From Methanocaldococcus jannaschii DSM 2661 (lineage in GTDB: Archaea; AGJL01; Methanococci; Methanococcales; Methanocaldococcaceae), in contig NC_000909.1 of assembly GCF_000091665.1 (NCBI RefSeq), positions 623,581-655,580 of the forward strand: a stretch of DNA of 32,000 bases, in the 5' to 3' direction. Below the pieces are notes generated by a model, which was not told the DNA's origin, searched no databases, and saw nothing but the letters and a program-made list of their open reading frames with translations. Below, piece after piece: positions 28,488 to 32,000 of this stretch. Within the stretch, counting starts at the first letter, position 1. Each line of letters opens with the position of its first letter. The translations under genes and the position numbers were made by a program.

Positions 28488-30290
28488 TTATTCATCAACA
28501 TAATAATACTCTCCTTTTTCCTTCTGCATAATATCTCTTTGACTTCCTTCTTTATTAGCTCTTGGCCTTCCTGTCTCTGGGTCTCTTCTAAATGTAATTT
28601 GCATTTCTTTTAAGAATTTGTTAGCTCCATCTCTCTTATTCATTGGACTACTACCAACTCCAAACTTCCCTGGCTCTCCACTGAATACAATAAATCTATC
28701 TGAAATGTAGTCTTGGAATAGTATGTCGTGGTCAACAACAAACATTCCAGCCTCTTTTTCATCTGCAATTCTTCTTATTACTTTTGAAACTCTCAATCTC
28801 TGCTCAACATCTAAAAATGCAGATGGCTCATCCAATAAATAGATATCAGCGTCTCTACTTAAGCAGGCAGCAATAGCAACCCTCTGCAACTCTCCACCTG
28901 ACAACTCTCTAACTTCCCTATCCAATAGCTTCTCTAACTGTAAAGGATTAATTATCTCTGATTTGTAGTAGGAAGTGTGTATATTGGTTATTGAACTCAA
29001 TAAATCTTCAACTGTTCCATCATAATCTGGAGTAATATATTGAGGTTTGTATGAAACTTTTATATCTCCTTCTTTGATAACCTCTCCTTCATCTGGCTTA
29101 ATTACTCCAGCCAATAACTTAACAAATGTTGTTTTTCCAATACCATTAGGCCCTAAAATACCAATAACCTCTCCTTTGTAAATAGTTCCTCCACTAACCT
29201 CTAATTTAAAATCTCCCAAAGTCTTTTTCATTGAGGAATAGCTCAACAAAATTGGCCTATTTTTAAAGTCAATAACTGCCCTCTTCTCAAATATAATTGG
29301 CTCTTTTCTAAATCTTATATTCTCTTCCCTCAACTCCCCATAGAGATATTCATTAATTCCCACTCTAACACTCTTTGGCATTGAGACAATACCATAAGCT
29401 GATGGAACCCCATACATAATATGGATATAATCAGATAAGTAATCCAAAACAATTAAATCGTGTTCAACTACAACAACTTTATTTAATTCTCTAATTAATC
29501 TTGCGGCATTAAACCTCTGCCTAATATCTAACCATGAAGATGGTTCGTCAAAGAAGTATATATCTCCATTTCTTAAATATGCTGCAGCAATAGCTACTCT
29601 CTGCAGCTCTCCTCCAGATAACTGGCTTAACTCTCTATCTAAGATATTCTTTAGCTCTAACTTCTCAACAACCTCATCAAATTTGCCCTTTTCATCAACT
29701 TTCTTTAATAAATCTCCAACCTTTCCTTTAACAACCTTTGGTAGTATATCAACATACTGAACTTTATGGATAGCCTTTACTCCTTTATTTTTTAATTTTT
29801 CAAAGTATTCTTGCAGTTCAGTCCCTCTAAAGTATTTTATAACATCGTCATAGTTTGGCTCTTTATCATGTTTTCCTAAATTAGGAATTAACTCTCCAGC
29901 TAAAATTCTTAAGACAGTGGATTTACCAATCCCATTCTGCCCAATAATCCCTACAACCCCATCTCTTGGGATAACCAAACCAAATAACTTAAATCTATTC
30001 TGCCCATAGGAATGAACTATCTTATCCTCACTCAGCTCTTCAGGCAATCCAATAATTGATATTGCCTTAAATGGACATCTCTTAACACATATTCCACAGC
30101 CAGAACATAAAACTTCTGATATTACTGGCTTTCCTGTGTTTTCATCAATCTCTATTGTCTTTTCTCCCATTCTAACTCCTGGACAGTATTTCATACATTC
30201 CATAGAACATTTCTTTGGCTGACATCTATCATAATCAATGATGGCCAATCTCATAAAATCACCTCCTAATAAATAAAAACCTAATTTCAT
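28488..30290 (-). CDS. abce1: ABCE1 / RNase L inhibitor homolog (ribosome recycling factor)
   Basis: The N-terminal Fe-S domain has CQPKKCSMECMKYCP and CSGCGICVKRCP. Two ABC cassettes are present (GQNGIGKST and GPNGIGKTT), each with LSGGELQRVAIAA. The likely start is MRLAIIDYDRC at 30254. Confidence 0.95.
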   Translation of the reverse strand: MKLGFYLLGGDFMRLAIIDYDRCQPKKCSMECMKYCPGVRMGEKTIEIDENTGKPVISEVLCSGCGICVKRCPFKAISIIGLPEELSEDKIVHSYGQNRFKLFGLVIPRDGVVGIIGQNGIGKSTVLRILAGELIPNLGKHDKEPNYDDVIKYFRGTELQEYFEKLKNKGVKAIHKVQYVDILPKVVKGKVGDLLKKVDEKGKFDEVVEKLELKNILDRELSQLSGGELQRVAIAAAYLRNGDIYFFDEPSSWLDIRQRFNAARLIRELNKVVVVEHDLIVLDYLSDYIHIMYGVPSAYGIVSMPKSVRVGINEYLYGELREENIRFRKEPIIFEKRAVIDFKNRPILLSYSSMKKTLGDFKLEVSGGTIYKGEVIGILGPNGIGKTTFVKLLAGVIKPDEGEVIKEGDIKVSYKPQYITPDYDGTVEDLLSSITNIHTSYYKSEIINPLQLEKLLDREVRELSGGELQRVAIAACLSRDADIYLLDEPSAFLDVEQRLRVSKVIRRIADEKEAGMFVVDHDILFQDYISDRFIVFSGEPGKFGVGSSPMNKRDGANKFLKEMQITFRRDPETGRPRANKEGSQRDIMQKEKGEYYYVDE

Positions 30291-30345
30291 TTTAAATTTT
30301 TAAAATAAAAGAATAGAAAAGCTTTCTAAAGAAAAATAGATTAAT

Positions 30346-31359
30346 TTATTCTTCTCTTACTCTTTTAGCTACTTCTTCAGCCATTTCAAATGTATTTAAA
30401 TTACCTCCTAAGTCAGGTGTTGTTAAACCTAAAGCTAAAACTTCCTCCAATGCTTTTTCAACTTTATCTGCAGCTTCATACTCTCCTAAGTATCTAAGCA
30501 TTAAAACAGCACTTAATATTGTAGCTGTTGGATTAGCTATCTTTTTTCCAGCAATATCTGGAGCTGAACCATGAACCGGCTCAAATAATCCATGTTCATC
30601 TCCTATATTCGCTGAAGGAGCTAAACCTAATCCCCCAACAGTTCCAGCAGCTCCATCTGATAAAATATCTCCAAATAAGTTGGAAGTAACTACAACATCA
30701 AATACTTGCGGTTTTGTTATGATATACATATTCATTGCATCTATGTAATAATCTTCTGCTTTTATATCGTCATATTCCTCTGCAACTTTATAAAATATCT
30801 TTTTAAATAACCCATCAGTTAATTTTAAGACATTTGCTTTGTGAGCACATGTAACCTTTCCTTCTTTGCCCATCTTCTTTCTTTCCCTTGCTAAGTTAAA
30901 AGCAAATCTAAATATTCTCTCACATGCTTTTTCTGTTATAACTCTTGTAGCTATTGTAATTCCTTCATCAATCTCTGCCTCTATTCCTTTATAAAGCCCT
31001 TCAGTGTTTTCCCTAACTATAACGTAATCAATATCTGGCCTTAGGCACTTAACTCCTTTGTATGCTTTAACTGGTCTAATGTTTGCATAAGTATCCAATA
31101 TATGCCTCAATTTAACAATAACATCTGCCGCTGTTTCTCCAGCCGCTCCAAATAAAACAGCATCACAGTCTAAGGCAGTTTCAATTGTTTCTTCTGGTAA
31201 TGCCTTACCAGTTCTTTTATAAACCTCATCCCCTGCCTCAGCATAGACAAACTCAAATGGCAAACCAGTAGCTTCTAAAACTTGAATTGTTGCTGGAACA
31301 ACCTCTTTACCAATTCCATCTCCTTCTATAACACATATTTTATGCATACTTATCACCAA
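30346..31359 (-). CDS. leuB: 3-Isopropylmalate dehydrogenase (beta-decarboxylating dehydrogenase family)
   Basis: It carries the family signature NLFGDILSDGAAGTVGGLGLAPSANIG and an N-terminal IEGDGIG. Specificity (IPM versus homoisocitrate/isocitrate) is from memory of the M. jannaschii paralogs. The likely start is MHKICVIEG at 31347. Confidence 0.8.
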   Translation of the reverse strand: MVISMHKICVIEGDGIGKEVVPATIQVLEATGLPFEFVYAEAGDEVYKRTGKALPEETIETALDCDAVLFGAAGETAADVIVKLRHILDTYANIRPVKAYKGVKCLRPDIDYVIVRENTEGLYKGIEAEIDEGITIATRVITEKACERIFRFAFNLARERKKMGKEGKVTCAHKANVLKLTDGLFKKIFYKVAEEYDDIKAEDYYIDAMNMYIITKPQVFDVVVTSNLFGDILSDGAAGTVGGLGLAPSANIGDEHGLFEPVHGSAPDIAGKKIANPTATILSAVLMLRYLGEYEAADKVEKALEEVLALGLTTPDLGGNLNTFEMAEEVAKRVREE

Positions 31360-31541
31360 AAAGATTAATTATAGCAATATTAATAAAAATACTTTCACAT
31401 AAAAATGTTTTGTTGGTGACTTAAACCATATCAAAAATGATTAAAATACTCAACAAAAAACAACACAAAATATAAATACTTATAATGCATTACTTCCCTT
31501 AAAAGTTTTATTTTTAATTTTAAAATCATTTTGGTGATTAA

Positions 31542-32000
31542 ATGAGCCAAGAGAATTGGATAGATTTAGAGAAAAAATACCATCTCCAAATCTACGGAAG
31601 ATTACCAGTTGTTTTAGTTGAAGGTAAAGGAATGGAAGTTTATGATATTGATGGAAAGAAATATCTTGATTTCTTAGCTGGAATTGGAGTTAATAATGTA
31701 GGGCATTGTCATCCAAAGGTTGTTGAAGCAATAAAAAAACAGGCTGAAACTTTAATCCATACCTCCAACATATATTACACAATCCCTCAAATAAAATTAG
31801 CTAAAAAGTTAGTTGAGCTAAGTGGTTTGGATAGAGCATTTTTCTGCAACAGTGGAGCTGAAGCTAACGAAGGAGCTATAAAGTTTGCAAGGAAGTATGT
31901 ATCAAAAGTATTAGGAAGAGAAGGAGGAGAAATAATCAGCATGTATAACGCATTTCATGGTAGAACTTTAACAACACTGGCAGCAACACCAAAACCAAAG
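31542..32000 (+). CDS. argD: Acetylornithine aminotransferase (class III PLP aminotransferase), N-terminal 153 codons; the 3' end lies off the window
   Basis: ATG 31542 follows a ggtgat Shine-Dalgarno sequence, and the frame is open to the window end. The translation is [95 protein letters not shown], typical of ArgD. It is not in the supplied track because no stop is reached. Confidence 0.9.
   Translation, partial: MSQENWIDLEKKYHLQIYGRLPVVLVEGKGMEVYDIDGKKYLDFLAGIGVNNVGHCHPKVVEAIKKQAETLIHTSNIYYTIPQIKLAKKLVELSGLDRAFFCNSGAEANEGAIKFARKYVSKVLGREGGEIISMYNAFHGRTLTTLAATPKPK

Overview
This window is AT-rich archaeal chromosome, roughly 30% GC by eye, with sharply GC-rich structural-RNA genes, which is the signature of a hyperthermophile. 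Gene content, gene order and the CRISPR repeat type look like Methanocaldococcus jannaschii or a very close relative. From memory it is roughly the MJ0698-MJ0721 neighbourhood; I have not verified this.

Left to right, the window holds:
- the 3' end of hisB;
- an orphan two-repeat CRISPR with a ~440-bp leader and no cas genes in the window;
- an amidohydrolase and an MscS channel;
- an overlapping PriL / PolD small-subunit pair;
- a HisA/HisF-like barrel protein;
- two uncharacterised membrane proteins;
- HMG-CoA reductase and a SpoIIM-like membrane protein;
- ribosomal protein L40e, a 47-aa ORF absent from the supplied track;
- Tsr3, a MATE transporter and a THUMP tRNA methyltransferase;
- a six-gene tRNA cluster (Phe, Asn, CAT-anticodon, Glu, Leu, His);
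- a complete 16S-tRNAAla-23S-5S operon with bulge-helix-bulge processing stems;
- RNase P RNA directly after the 5S gene;
- a tail-anchored hypothetical protein;
- G1P dehydrogenase and HypF;
- a Roadblock/LC7 - Hmd-paralog - V4R cluster;
- a MoaE-like protein, ChrA, ABCE1, LeuB and the 5' part of ArgD.

Most of this is housekeeping and I see no clear novel multi-gene system. The items most worth a second look are:
- a V4R gene split by a single in-frame TAA;
- the Roadblock/Hmd-paralog/V4R arrangement itself;
- a fossil second copy of the hypF 3' end that has diverged like coding sequence, lying next to a GC-rich hairpin cluster;
- a ~105-bp MITE-like nested inverted repeat upstream of the 16S gene;
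- an AT-rich, TATA-containing insert closed by a 16-bp helix in the 16S-23S spacer.

All track ORFs between about 14.2 and 20.3 kb are artefacts of GC-rich RNA genes.
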